64,000 nucleotides of DNA, taken from positions 1-64,000 of the forward strand of contig NIVC01002336.1 in assembly GCA_002269645.1 (NCBI GenBank), written 5' to 3'. The position numbers and the translations under genes are program-made. This stretch comes from Macrostomum lignano (taxonomy: Eukaryota). Under the pieces are notes generated by a model that saw only the letters and a list, made by a program, of their open reading frames with translations, did no database searches and was not told the origin of the DNA. Positions 23,478 to 36,039 of this stretch are shown here, one piece after another. The stretch's first letter is position 1; the number at the start of each line of letters is the position of its first letter.

Positions 23478-23840
23478 GGGCGTGCTCCGGTGTGCCAGCG
23501 GCCCAGGCTCGATTCCAAGTGCAGTCACATTAATCTGGGGCTAAATTGGAATCTCAGCTTGGCTCTGCTCGAGCAATTAACGGCCTTGATGACCAGCCCC
23601 CAAGGCACAGTGAAGTGTACATGCCATAAAGATAAATAAAGTTAGGGCCGCTGTACACTCCTGTGTGAGTGTGTGCCTGCTCAGGGGAGTCGGCGGAATG
23701 TGCATCACAGTAATACCTCTCGCCGGTTGTGTGACAATGTCGCTTAAAGTGCGCCAGAGTGCACGCAGTCCCCTGACACCAATAAAAAAGAAACATTAGG
23801 TCCATCGTAACAAAGGTCCCGGGTTCGAATCCCGGATTTC
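23478..23840 (+). mobile_element. Possible tRNA-derived SINE and tRNA T-arm fragment in ZFHX intron 3
   Basis: CCCAGGCTCGATTCC (B-box-like, about 23502), an A-rich tail near 23782-23793 and AGGTCCCGGGTTCGAATCCCGG at 23814-23835. No full cloverleaf. Confidence 0.35.
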
Positions 23841-23889
23841 GCGGGTAAAGCTGAGCGATCATGATTTGCTACGCTCGTATTTATTGCAG

Positions 23890-24136
23890 CGGAAGCCGAC
23901 ATCCTGCTGCTGCCGCCGACTGCGGAGTCGCCAGGCGAGGAGCAGCAGCAGTTCCGCTGTCAGGCCTGCCACGTCACGGCCGCCAGCCTCGAGGAGCTGC
24001 TCCGCCATCAGCGAGAGGCCGGCCACCACAGGCTGCTGGTGGACAGGCAGGGCCAGGCGGCTCCTGGTTACCTGTGCTGGCGCAAGGGCTGCAACCAGTA
24101 CTTCCCGGATCTGGACACCTTGCAGATGCACTTCAC
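23890..24136 (+). CDS. ZFHX: ZFHX coding exon 4
   Basis: tattgcag|CG...TTC AC|gtaagt; FRCQACH...HQREAGH and YLCWRKGCNQYF...LQMHF. This frame is absent from the ORF track. Confidence 0.92.
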
Positions 24137-24211
24137 GTAAGTGCATTCATTTTTTATTACCTGTGACTACTGCTTCCTGTGACCTGGGCGGGCGGGGCCT
24201 ATTAAGGATAA

Positions 24212-24907
24212 AGTATTAGAATAGAATGGATTGCTAATCTAGCCAATGCGGATTAGAGAATGGAATGGATTGCTAATCTAGTCAGTACGGATTAGAGAAT
24301 AGAATGGATTGCTAATCTAGCCAATGTAGATTAGAGAATAGAATGGATTGCTAATCTAGCCAATACTGATTAGAGAATAGAATGGATTGCTAATCTAGCC
24401 AATACTGATTAGAGAATAGAATGGATTGCTAATCTAGCTAATACTGATTAGAGAATAGAATGGATTGCTAATCTAGCCAATACTGATTAGAGAATAGAAT
24501 GGATTGCTAATCTAGCCAATACTGATTAGAGAATAGAATGGATTGCTAATCTAGCCAATGCGGATTAGAGAATGGAATGGATTGCTAATCTAGTCAGTAC
24601 GGATTAGAGAATAGAATGGATTGCTAATCTAGCCAATGTAGATTAGAGAATAGAATGGATTGCTAATCTAGCCAATACTGATTAGAGAATAGAATGGATT
24701 GCTAATCTAGCCAATACTGATTAGAGAATAGAATGGATTGCTAATCTAGCTAATACTGATTAGAGAATAGAATGGATTGCTAATCTAGCCAATACTGATT
24801 AGAGAATAGAATGGATTGCTAATCTAGCCAATACTGATTAGAGAATAGAATGGATTGCTAATCTAGCCAATACTGATTAGAGAATAGAATGGATTGCTAA
24901 TCTAGCT
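24212..24907. repeat. Minisatellite, 39-bp unit TAGAGAATAGAATGGATTGCTAATCTAGCCAATACTGAT
   Basis: Direct reading; variant order repeats with a 312-bp (8-unit) period. Confidence 0.96.
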
Positions 24908-25812
24908 CTTAGAGACACGTGACTGGCAGTCTATCATAAACACAAATTTTAAGTTTTGAGTCCCAGTTCCCACTCTATTCCGACGCTAACTCGCAGATGA
25001 CTCTTGGCTTGTTTCAACTCTCCCATCTAGCTTGAAGAGTTATAGCAGCAAAGATAGCAGAGTATAAAAACACAGAAATTGCTTTGGATTTGAGACAGGA
25101 AATTTGGTGCTGAAAAACTTTAACCAGAAATGATCTCAGCGTAGAGTTTTTAAGCAATAGAAGAGTCTTGAAGAGTCTGGCAATCCAGTCTCCCCGCTTC
25201 ATCATTCTTTTCTCTTTATTGTCCCAGGCCTTTTTTATTCCAGTTCCGTTCCCGATGCAATCCAGGCCGACGGGATATTCTTTCCCATCCATCCATTTAT
25301 CCTCGTCTGGTTCCTTATTGGCTCCATCATTTTTTCCACTCTTCCTCCCTACTTCCGGTTTTTACTGGTTTAATATTTTCTCTGTGTTTTTTTGCAGGCC
25401 AAATAATTCTTGTTGGTGCAGGTCTCATCTCCCTCTTCTAAGCTGTTTTAGACTTTTTCTATAGTAACCCGAACTGTCTACTTGCAGTAGGGCTCGTAAA
25501 AATTTCATTAGACATATTTAAATTCGATCTTTGTCTCAGTATTCAAGACCGCTTTGCTTTGCTTCCTTTTAATTAGACAAGTGAGGATTTGCCATAGACA
25601 GTGAGTGTCTCAGCTAGCGCTGGCTTTGCACTGCTAAACCAATAGGCTTTTGGCCATAGACATTCTCAGCAGGGCGGGCTCGCAAATTTGCATTTTTTGG
25701 CTGCACAGTTTTGTTAAAAAGGCTCAGAGCCAGCATAGTTCAAGAATAGTGATAAGCAAGCCACCCTACTGCCAGTAGTAACGTAAAAATATTATGCTTA
25801 TAAATCCCGCAG

Positions 25813-27964
25813 CGAAATCCACGCCAAGACAACCCGCTCTGCCGGCGGCGACGCCGAGCTGCCGTCCAGCGGTTCGGCGGCAGCGGCGGCTTCCTCCGCC
25901 AGATTCCCCCACGCCTGCGCCGCCTGCCGTCTGGCCTTCAGGGATGGCCGCCAGCTGGAGCGGCACCGACGGCAGCACGCGGCCAGTCGGCTCGCCTGCC
26001 TGCTTTGCCACCAGCGGCTGGGTAGCTCGGTGGAGCTCCGCCTCCACTACGAGACTCTTCACTTGACGCCAGCCGCCACCGCCGCCGCCGCCACCGCCGC
26101 TTCCGTCTCGGCCGTTCCGTCGGAATCTTCGCCAACTGGCGGATGCGGCGAGGTCTACCGCTGCGAGCAGTGCCAGGTGGGCTTCGGCGCCCAGATCCAG
26201 CTGGCGGCCCACATGCGCTCCAACACGCACAAGCGGCTGGCCAGCTGCCGCTGCCCGCTCTGCGGCCTCGCCTGCGCCGGCCCGGAGCACCTGAGGTCGC
26301 ACGCCAAGTCTCATCAGCTGCCGCTCTTCCTGCCGCCGCTGCTGTTGCCGTTCCCGCTGCACCCGCCGCATCCGACGCCATCGTCCATGTCTGCGGCCTC
26401 GCTGGCTGTTCCGCCGCCGCCGCCGCCGCCGCTGCCGCCGCATTCCATCGCTGCCTCGTCGGCCGGATCTCCGCCCACCCACCCGCCGCCGCTGCTCTGC
26501 CACTTCCTGCCTCCGCTGATTCCGTCGCCGCTTACGAAGCCGCCGCCCGGGCCGCCAGTAACATCGGTGGCCGCCGCAGCAGCCGCTGTAGCCGCCGCGG
26601 CAGCTCAGGCCGCTAACGGCACGGCCCCGTCGGCGAAGCCGGCACAGTCAGCAGCGGTCACTCCGGCTGCTTCCATCACGATGGCAACGAGTGCCGCTGC
26701 TGCGACATCCGTAATTACTTCGTCGGTTGGCACCAACAGCAGCTCGTCCGCGGCTGCCAGCGGCGGTAGCAGTGGCGGCGGCGGCGCCGGCAGCGCTGGC
26801 GGCTGCAGTGGAGACGGCGGTAGCGACGCGGGCGGTGGCGGCGGTGGCGGCGGCCAGCAGAACGGCAAGCGGGCGCGGACCCGCATCACGGAGGACCAGC
26901 TACGCGTGCTGAAGGCCAATTTCAATCTGAACAGCTCGCCAAACGATCAGCTGATCGCCCAGATGTCGGGCGACACCGGCCTGCCTGTGAAGGTCATCAA
27001 GCACTGGTTCCGCAACACGCTGTTCAAGGAGCGGCAGCGCTGCAAAGACTCGCCATATAACTTCAGCATCCCGCCGGCTACGCAGCTCAACCTGGAGGAG
27101 TACGAGAAGACCGGCAAGGTGGAGGTGCTCCCCGCCCGGCCCGAGGAGATTGAGCAGCACGTGCGCGTTCAGCTGCACACTCAGGCGCTCGGCGCCGCGA
27201 GGCGAAAGCGTCCGCGGCCGTCCGCTACTTCCGCGGCCGCCGCCGGCGACGAGGTGTCCACTGCTGCCGCTGCTCCAGCAGCCGTTGAAGCTGCCGAAGC
27301 TGCCAGCGGGCGCAAGCGGGCGCGCATTGAACGGCGGCAGCCGACGCCTGCGTCGCAGATTCCTTCGGACAGCAGCTGGCTGCTCGGCTGTCGGACTGCT
27401 GTTGCCGCCGAGGAGGAGGAAGAGAACCCGGAGCTGGACGCTCCGCTCGATCTCAGCACTGCTGGGCAGCAGCAGCAACAGCGGCAGCAACCGCAGACGC
27501 CTGCCGCGGCCGGCTTGCCGAGTCCCCAGCAGGCGGTGGCTCTGCGGCTGCTTTTCGAGCAGCAACAGCAGCTGTTGCGCATCGACGGCGGCGCCCCGTC
27601 CGAGCCGCAGGTTGAATCTGTGGCCGCCGCTCTCGGCCTCCCCGGCCGTCTCATCCGCGCCTGGCTCAGCAACAATGTGAGCAGCGGCGACGCCGGCGGC
27701 GGTGGCCGTGGCCGCGGCTCGTCCACTCAGCGGTCGCCAAGTCCTGCGGCCAGCTGGCTGGGCCTTCCTGGCGGTCGGTGCCGCCTGTGCGCTGGCGAGC
27801 TGCCCGCTGATTCGCCGGCTAGCGAGCACTTGTACACCGAGCGGCACCTGGCTGCCCTGCTGCGGGCTGCCGAGTCCGCGGCGGAGGACGATGGAACCGA
27901 TGACAATGGCAAGACCGTCAGGGAGGTCGCTGCGGAGCCCAGTGCAGAGGCGGAAGCTGTTTAG
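25813..27964 (+). CDS. ZFHX: ZFHX last coding exon (zinc fingers, homeodomain about 26867-27046, degenerate homeodomain, terminal zinc finger)
   Basis: cccgcag|C GAA ATC CAC; [10 protein letters not shown].., CLLCHQRL.., [17 protein letters not shown]; [15 protein letters not shown]...[28 protein letters not shown]; stop TAG at 27962-27964. Confidence 0.94.
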
Positions 27965-27980
27965 ACGCATGGTGAGTAAA

Positions 27981-28022
27981 TGAGTCAGTCAGTCAGTCAG
28001 TCAGTCAGTCAGTCAGTCAGTC

Positions 28023-28054
<32 letters not shown>

Positions 28055-28399
28055 AGTCAGTCAGTCAGTCAGTCAGTCAGTCAGTCAGTCAGTCAGTCAG
28101 TCAGTCAGTCAGTCAGTCAGTCAGTCAGTCAGTCAGTCAGTCAGTCAGTCAGTCAGTCAGTCAGTCAGTCAGTCAGTCAGTCAGTCAGTCAGTCAGTCAG
28201 TCAGTCAGTCAGTCAGTCAGTCAGTCAGTCAGTCAGTCAGTCAGTCAGTCAGTCAGTCAGTCAGTCAGTCAGTCAGTCAGTCAGTCAGTCAGTCAGTCAG
28301 TCAGTCAGTCAGTCAGTCAGTCAGTCAGTCAGTCAGTCAGTCAGTCAGTCAGTCAGTCAGTCAGTCAGTCAGTCAGTCAGTCAGTCAGTCAGTCAGTCA
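27981..28399. repeat. (TCAG)n microsatellite, about 105 copies
   Basis: Direct reading. Confidence 0.99.
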
Positions 28400-29224
28400 G
28401 GGACCCCACAATGCCTCTTGCAGTGGTGAATATTCGCAGCGGCGCAGCTTGCAACACAGCATCCGAGCCAGCCCCATCAGTGACTTGAAGAAGCCGGCAG
28501 CAGTGCTGAAAGCTCACCTCCCCGTTCCCTTCTGTACCACCGGATCTCCACGGCGAACTGTGTTTACAATGTGCAGATTCTGTTTTCACTTACCATAGGC
28601 TGTTCAGCATTTTGTGTTTGGATCTTCGAGACCAGCAAGGGCCCGCGTCTATGATCTGGGATCAACTATTTAGAAAATTTTCTTCCCAAATGCGACTGCT
28701 ATCCCCCCTCATGTGATGCTGGCCTGGCGTGGTCCCAGCTAACTTTATTGACAACAGTTTCCTCTTTTCTCTAGAAGTTTTGGCAATTTTCAGCAGGAAT
28801 ACGAGTATGCAGATAGCTATGCTTAGTAATATTATGTTGCTATAGACTTGCACAGCACCCCTATAGCAATGTTTATCATAACCGTTTCTTTTTTATCATT
28901 TTCTTCAAAGCGCGTAAATTTTTAGAGATTTTCTTTTCTCGCGCAATTTAGCTTAGCTAGTGTTGTTGTCTTTTGTTTGTGCTTTTTCCCGCGTGTGTTT
29001 TGTTTATTCTGCTTGCTTCTTTGTTGTCATTGTTTCTGTCTTGTTTGAGCGTACAATTACTACATGTATGCAGCAATAAACTCATTTTGTAGCCAACGAA
29101 TCTTTTTTATCATATAAATATAACTTTATTAAATCGCAGTGTTGCATCTTGTCTGTTGTTTGAATAGAAGATAAACTAGAAATGCTGCTTATTTGTCTGA
29201 TTAAATATGCTTAGATTTCTTGTA

Positions 29225-30325
29225 CGCAGCTCGGCGTTCACCATAGATTATTGTACACAGCTCAGCCTTGATCACCATAGATTATTGTACACAGCTCAGC
29301 ATTCACCATAGATTATTGTACACAGCTCGGCGTTCACCATAGATTATTGTACACAGCTCGGTGTTCACCATAGATTATTGTACACAGCTCAGCATTCACC
29401 ATAGATTATTGTACACAGCTCGGCGTTCACCATAGATTATTGTACACAGCTCGGCGCTCACCATAGATTATTGTACACAGCTCAGCATTCACCATAGATT
29501 ATTGTACACAGCTCAGCATTCACCATAGATTATTGTACACAGCTCAGCCTTGATCACCATAGATTATTGTACACAGCTCAGCATTCACCATAGATTATTG
29601 TACACAGCTCAGCCTTGATCACCATAGATTATTGTACACAGCTCGGCATTCACCATAGATTATTGTACACAGCTCGGCATTCACCATAGATTATTGTACA
29701 CAGCTCGGCATTCACCACAGATTATTGTAAACAGCTCGGCGTTCACCATAGATTATTGTACACAGCTCGGCATTCACCATAGATTATTGTACACAGCTCG
29801 GCATTCACCATAGATTATTGTACACAGCTCGGCGTTCACAATAGATTATTGTAAACAGCTCGGCGTTCACCATAGATTATTGTACACAGCTCGGCGTTCA
29901 CCATAGATTATTGTACACAGCTCGGCGTTCACAATAGATTATTGTACACAGCTCGGCGCTCACCATAGATTATTGTACACAGCTCAGCATTCACCATAGA
30001 TTATTGTACACAGCTCGGCATTCACCACAGATTATTGTACACAGCTCGGCGTTGATCACCATAGATTGTACACAGCTCGGCGTTCACAATAGATTATTGT
30101 ACACAGCTCGGCGCTCACCATAGATTATTGTACACAGCTCAGCATTCACCATAGATTATTGTACACAGCTCAGCATTCACCATAGATTATTGTACACAGC
30201 TCAGCATTCACCATAGATTATTGTACACAGCTCGGCATTCACCACAGATTATTGTACACAGCTCGGCGTTGATCACCATAGATTGTACACAGCTCGGCGT
30301 TCACAATAGATTATTGTACACAGCT
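29225..30325. repeat. Minisatellite, 31-bp unit ATTATTGTACACAGCTCGGCATTCACCATAG
   Basis: Direct reading. Confidence 0.97.
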
Positions 30326-30939
30326 AAATAAAGTAATCGTATCTTGTACAGCTCAATAGAGTGTCTTGTACACCATTGGCATTTGTCTGAGTTGTTTTAT
30401 AGTCTTACCGCAATACCCCACTGATGGGCATGCAGACAAATGAAATGCCACGCACAAGACGCAGTGCACGCGATAGATAGAGATGGTTTTTGATCGAGAA
30501 TTGCAGGCAAATAGACTTGACTTTTCCCAAAGAATTCATTAAGATTCGAAAGCGCTGCACCCGGGCTGACAGTACAAGAGAGATCAAGTGGGCCAACTGT
30601 CGCGCGTCAAGGGCTGCGTCTCTTCGTCGGGGGCACCAGCAGGAACGGATCTGGCAGGATAGCACGCGCAGAGACTAAGCTGCTCCTTCTAGGCGATGAT
30701 GGCGGCAATCCTGCCGTGTGTTTTCTTTGTGCTTTGTGTTTTGTTCACCGTGCAGATCTTCAATTAATCGTGCAGCCAGGCGACTATCAAAATCTGATCG
30801 GGGAGGGGCAAGCTAGGGGGCAAGGGGGGGGGTCGTGGCGCCCCCATCCGCTGGCAAAAGTACATGGGGTAACCCTTGCAACAGCTTTGACGCCCCATGT
30901 GCTGGCGCCCCGGGTACTGGCGCCCCGGCAGCCCCTCCT

Positions 30940-31370
30940 GGTGCTACAGACTGGCGCTACAGCCTTACAGCCTCTAGTGCTACAGCCCTAGTGCTACAGC
31001 CCTAGTGCTACAGCCCCTAATGCTACAGCCCCAATGCTACAGCCCCAATGCTACAGCCCCTAATGCTACAGCCCCTAATGCTACAGCCCCTAATGCTACA
31101 GCCCCTAATGCTACAGCCCCTAATGCTACAGCCCCTAATGCTACAGCCCCTAATGCTACAGCCCCTAATGCTACAGCCCCTAATGCTACAGCCCCTAATG
31201 CTACAGCCCCTAATGCTACAGCCCCTAATGCTACAGCCCCTAATGCTACAGCCCCTAATGCTACAGCCCCTAATGCTACAGCCCCTAATGCTACAGCCCC
31301 TAATGCTACAGCCCCTACAGCCTCTGGTGCTACAGCCCCTGGTGCTACAGACTCTGGTGCTACAGCCCAC
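30940..31370. repeat. Minisatellite, 15-bp unit GCTACAGCCCCTAAT
   Basis: Direct reading; source of the PNATA/MLQPL ORFs. Confidence 0.96.
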
Positions 31371-32239
31371 TCAAATGGAATATCGGGACCGAAAGATCCA
31401 ACCCCCCCCCCCCAATGAAGAATCCTGACTGGGCCCCCGAGTGTGGGAACCCGCGCATGCTAATAGCTGCATTTATAAAATCGAAAGATCGCAGAAGTTT
31501 GCGCGGCTTGCCAACCAGCAGTATAGGAAAAAAATGCGGCAGCGTCATCAAGCAGTCGGCAACAGCGCCACTGCATGCAAGATGGAGGGGGGAGGGGAAC
31601 TGGCGGTGGCGGCTCGATAGCCCTGGCCAGGTCCCTATTCGACCAAACAGCACCAATGCTGATCCCCAATGATCTGTCCCCCCTCTCTCTCATGCTACGA
31701 GCTACCTGGGCTGCCGCGACTTTTCGGGACAATATTTTTTGCGAGAGGCTCGACAGTTGGATCAAAAAGTGGCGGCCCAACCTCTTGAAAAATGCCTGCC
31801 TCCAACTCCCACCGCCTAGCAACGCTAGAATAAGCAAGGAAAAATGCTCCTTCAGAAGGATGCTGGAAAGGACTGCACAGAATTCTCCCATCAATTCAAC
31901 ATCGTCATGGGACTGAATCTTGAAATAGCTTAGAAATTTTTTCTCCCAACAGGTGATTTCACTAAACTGCAAAACGATTTTTACCTGTGGCCTTTTTAAA
32001 TTCGGCGAAAAGAGTCAGGCAGAAGCAGAGATACAGCCGTCCGCGGCACAGGCCATCGATGCAGGCGTCATGAAGTCCGCGGCCTGGATGTGCCTGTGGC
32101 AGCTCGGGCTCGACCGCTTCTGCACTCACTGATTCCGCAGCCTTTGCACCAATAAAGTAGCACGAGGACTATAGGGTGAGTTTTTGCGAGTGGGACAGGA
32201 CCTCCCGCCAGCATTGACCATCTGTGGTGTCAACTTCTG

Positions 32240-32525
32240 TCTCATTAGACTCAACTGTCTCTCTAAAACTGTCACTCTCCTGTCTCTCTGGGACTGTCAC
32301 TCTCCTGTCTCTGTATTGGACTGTCACTCTCCTGTCTCTGAATAGGGCTGTCACTCGCCTGTCTCATTGTTGGACTTTCACTCTCCTGTCTCTTTATTGG
32401 ACTGTCCCTCTACTGTCTCTTTATTGGACTGTCACTCTCCTGTCTATACTCGACTGTCACTTTCCTGTCTCTACTGGCTGATTTTCACTCTCTTGCCTCT
32501 ATATTGGACTGCCAATCTCCTGTCT
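32240..32525. repeat. Degenerate tandem repeat, about 28-30 bp (GGACTGTCACTCTCCTGTCTCT...)
   Basis: Direct reading. Confidence 0.8.
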
Positions 32526-33276
32526 CAGGGCAGTGTTCACTGTTTAACTGCGTCTGCAGTATCTACCATTTTTGGTTCTTATAAAATGCGCAGTTGAAAA
32601 GACAAACGGTCACAATCTAATTCAATAGTGCAGCTGAAGAAAAAAGCAAAAGCCAGCAAGCCAGACGTGTTTTATTCATCATCAAAGCTTTAAATGGCAC
32701 AAAGTTGCAATTTGGCAATGTCTGCATGAAACGATTGCACGGTCGTTCTGTCGCTGTTCACCTACACTGCGTATTGAAGATGCTTTCCTTTAATTGGTTG
32801 GCATTCAGCAGCAGCCTTCAGTCGGAGGACGGTGGTGCATCAGTGAAAGCTGCAGGGCTCTGTGGAAATGACAGATCTTCTTCTATATTCGAGGGAACAA
32901 TATGTTTGGGACATGCATGCACTAAATGTATACAGTAAGTGCACATTCGTACTGTGTAATTCGAGGCTGTGCAAAACAGCCTTCTAAAAAGTGCAACTAC
33001 AACCGCCAACCGCCACATGTAAATTGTTTATCCCCGACCCCCCCCCCCCCTAAATGGGATCGCGCCATTTCTCCTAGATAGAATTGCGTTAAAAACTTCC
33101 AATATAGCGATGTATAAGTAACCTGGGCAACGTGGGAGATGATAGGAGATTCAGCGCAGGACCGGTGTGAAAGTTTGAGACAGTAATGCAGAGATGCGCG
33201 ATTCCATAGCGGACAAAGACAGCTGCTGCATGCATTCTCTGCAAGAAATCTCCGTCGCTTAAATGACGACTGTTCG

Positions 33277-33323
33277 CGCTCTCGCTCTCTCTCTTGCTCT
33301 CTCTCTCTCTCTCTCTCTCTCTT

Positions 33324-33377
<54 letters not shown>
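33277..33377. repeat. (CT)n microsatellite
   Basis: Direct reading. Confidence 0.97.
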
Positions 33378-33380
<3 letters not shown>

Positions 33381-34044
33381 ATAGAATTTTTTCGACGATA
33401 AAAATTTTAATTATAGCTCGTAGTACATGCATTTACCGCAATATGTAAGTCATTGAAAAGCCATGCATGCAGTGCATTCAGGGTTGAGAAAAAAATCAGG
33501 GAATTGCACACACCCCTCCGCACCGCGGTATCCCGATGGCTGATGGCTGATGACTGCTGCTGCTGTACAAGAATGTTTCAGTAAAGTTGCATTTCGCTGT
33601 GTGTGCATTTTAAAAAGACTGCAGCTGATGCCATGGCTAAGATATGGGAATACAAATAGGATTTGGGAAGTTCTAGGGGTCAGGCAGCAGTATCCATCTG
33701 CCTTGCCGCCACCGCCCTGTGCGATGCTAGACAGTTGCGATCCGCAGGTGACAGCTGCCTGACGGAAATACACAGCGTCACCCTGCGGCTCCAATATCGA
33801 AGGAATATTTCCAAAGCGATGACCTTGCACCATATAGGAAAGATATGGGACCAAGGAGGAGGTCCCTCGTTTTTTACTTATAGTTCGATTTTTCTAGCTG
33901 TTTTGCATAAACCCATCATCCATCAGTTCAAAGTTAAAACTGCTGCGCTCTGTCGCTTGCCGCGTTATCTGTCATCTCATCATGCATTTGCACTGCGGAT
34001 TCCTGGAATGAAGGACTTCCGCTACCCCGACTGTGCTTCTGTTC

Positions 34045-34260
34045 TGTTCTGATCCAGGGACTGTGGGTTCTGATCCAGGGACTGCGGGTTCTGATCCAGG
34101 GAGTGTGGGTTCTGATCCAGGGAGTGTGGGTTCTGATACAGGGACTGTGGGTTCTGATCCAGGGACTGTGGGTTCTGATCTCTGGACTGTTGGGTTCTGA
34201 TCTCTGGACTGTGGGTTTCTGTCTGATCTAGGGACCGTGGGGTGTTTAGGGACTGTGCAC
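34045..34260. repeat. Minisatellite, 21-bp unit CTGATCCAGGGACTGTGGGTT
   Basis: Direct reading. Confidence 0.9.
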
Positions 34261-35009
34261 TTATTCTGATCCTGTGAATCTGTTTAAAGATTCTAAGGAC
34301 TATCCGTGAGAGATGAAGTTGTTTTTTATTTTTGTCTTTTATCTACTTTTAAAATAATAAAGCCTATTTTTCTGGTTGAGCTTGGCCTACTAAAAGTAAT
34401 ATAGCAAACTTTAACATCAGTAAACAATATATTTTTATATGCATATTTTAAATGGCACTGGTAATTTTTGCGTGAATGTATAAATCAGATTTTAATTAAA
34501 TTTATAGTTTCACTTGTAGAATTTTGCATAAATTTTGCGCAGAAGAAAAGAGAATTGTTTACAACTCGTTTATAGCATTTCCTACACTACAGGTTCAAGT
34601 CAACATTAAAAAACTCACAGAATAGTAAAAGTTCTGGGCAAAAGCGAAATCTTAAATTGAATGTTCAAGAGACACAAGCAGGGCTGACGACAGAGCTCAG
34701 ATAAACAGGGAGAGACCCAAATATCAACATGCTCGCCTTATTCACCTTCCTTTCATCTTTGCCGCCGCCGCCGTCAAGTTCGTAAACATTTGCATCATGG
34801 CCTCTAAGTTGCACCTCTAATTAACAGGGAGCCATAGTAATAGTAATAAGAGTGGAACTCCTCCTTCGGAGGAGAAAGGGGAAGAACTCCCATCACCGGA
34901 ATTCCATTCCCTGAAATATCCATCAACTGAAATTCCATGTCTTGAACCCTATCTTCCAAATCGTCTCCAAATTCTTTAGAAAACCTTTCAAAGACCATAG
35001 CTCAAAGAC

Positions 35010-36020
35010 TCTCACGTCTCTCATATCTACTCTCTCCACTCTGTGCTATTATCGTGACTCTCTTCTCTCTCCTCTCTCTCATCTCATCTCTACCCGTACT
35101 CCCTTATTTATGTTTTCTCCCTCGTCTTTCGTCTGTACCCTCTCCTGTCTCTTGTCTCCTCTCTTCTCTCATATCTCTCCTCTTCACTTCTGTCTCCTGT
35201 CTTCTCTCTTCTCTCTTATCTCTCCCTCTTCTCTCCTCTTTTATATGTCATCCCTATTCACTTATCTATCGTCTCTCTTAACCCTCTCTCTCTTCTCTTT
35301 TCTTTCCTCTCTGCTCTCATTTCTCATATCTCATATACGCTCTCACACTCCACTTACTTGTCTCCAATCTTTCTTTCCTCCTTTCCACTTTTCCCTGTCT
35401 CTTCTCTTCTCTCTTTTCTATCCTCTCCATTCTCTCTTTTCTCCTCCCCTTGCTCCTTTTATCTTCTCCCCTCTCTTCTCTAATCTCTTCTCTCTTCTCT
35501 CTTATGTTCTCACTCATCTCTTATCATCGCATCTCTCATCTCTCCTCTCCTCACTACTTTCCTCTCTTAACTCTCTTATCTATTTCATCTCTCTCCTCTC
35601 TCCTCTTTCTCTTCTCCTCTCGCTTCTTCTCTCGCTTCTCTCTCCTATCTCTCCTCTCATCTCTACTACCGTATTTATATCTTCTAACTGGTCCTTCGTC
35701 TCTACTCTCTCCTTTCTCCTTTCTCCCCTCTTTTCTCCTTTCTTGTCTCTCCTGTCTCCCCTCCTCTCTCATCCCTCATCCCCTCATCTCACTCTTTCTT
35801 TCTCCTCTACTCTCCCCTCTCTTCTATTTTCTCTGTACGCTCTTATCCCTAATCTATTTTCTCTCCTCTCTCCTCTTTTCTTCTCTCTCCCTCTTCGTTC
35901 CCGCCTAAATCCCCTCTTCTCTCCAATCTGTCATGTCTAATATCTCCACTTATTTCTACTCTGTTTTCTATCATCTCATCTCTCTTCTGCTTTCATTCTT
36001 CTCTTTACTCTTTTCTCTGA
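35010..36020. repeat. Old, degenerate CT-rich low-complexity tract
   Basis: Polypyrimidine composition; the L/S/F-rich ORFs are compositional artefacts. Confidence 0.88.
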
Positions 36021-36039
36021 CTGATTGAAGATGCCAAAT

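Larger units (their letters stand above)
8875..27964 (+). other. ZFHX: ZFHX3/ZFHX4 (zfh2/ATBF1-like) zinc-finger homeobox gene; five coding exons; 1661 aa
   Basis: Exons 8875-10887, 16224-16347, 22976-23425, 23890-24136 and 25813-27964 join with compatible phases (0,1,1,2), totalling 4986 nt = 1662 codons. The exon 4/5 junction rebuilds QMHFT|EIHAK, like the family motif THFNEVHAK. Confidence 0.93.

Noticed and set aside
23814-23835. tRNA gene
   Set aside because: Only the T-arm is recognisable; there is no A-box/D-arm or acceptor stem pairing.
8896-27970. Antisense ORFs overlapping ZFHX exons (8896-9984, 25766-26503, 26900-27970)
   Set aside because: These are shadow ORFs expected opposite GC-rich coding sequence; they show no independent motifs.
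15305-30325. 30-40-bp repeat arrays as CRISPR arrays
   Set aside because: The units are head-to-tail with no unique spacers, there are no cas genes, and the context is spliced eukaryotic genes.
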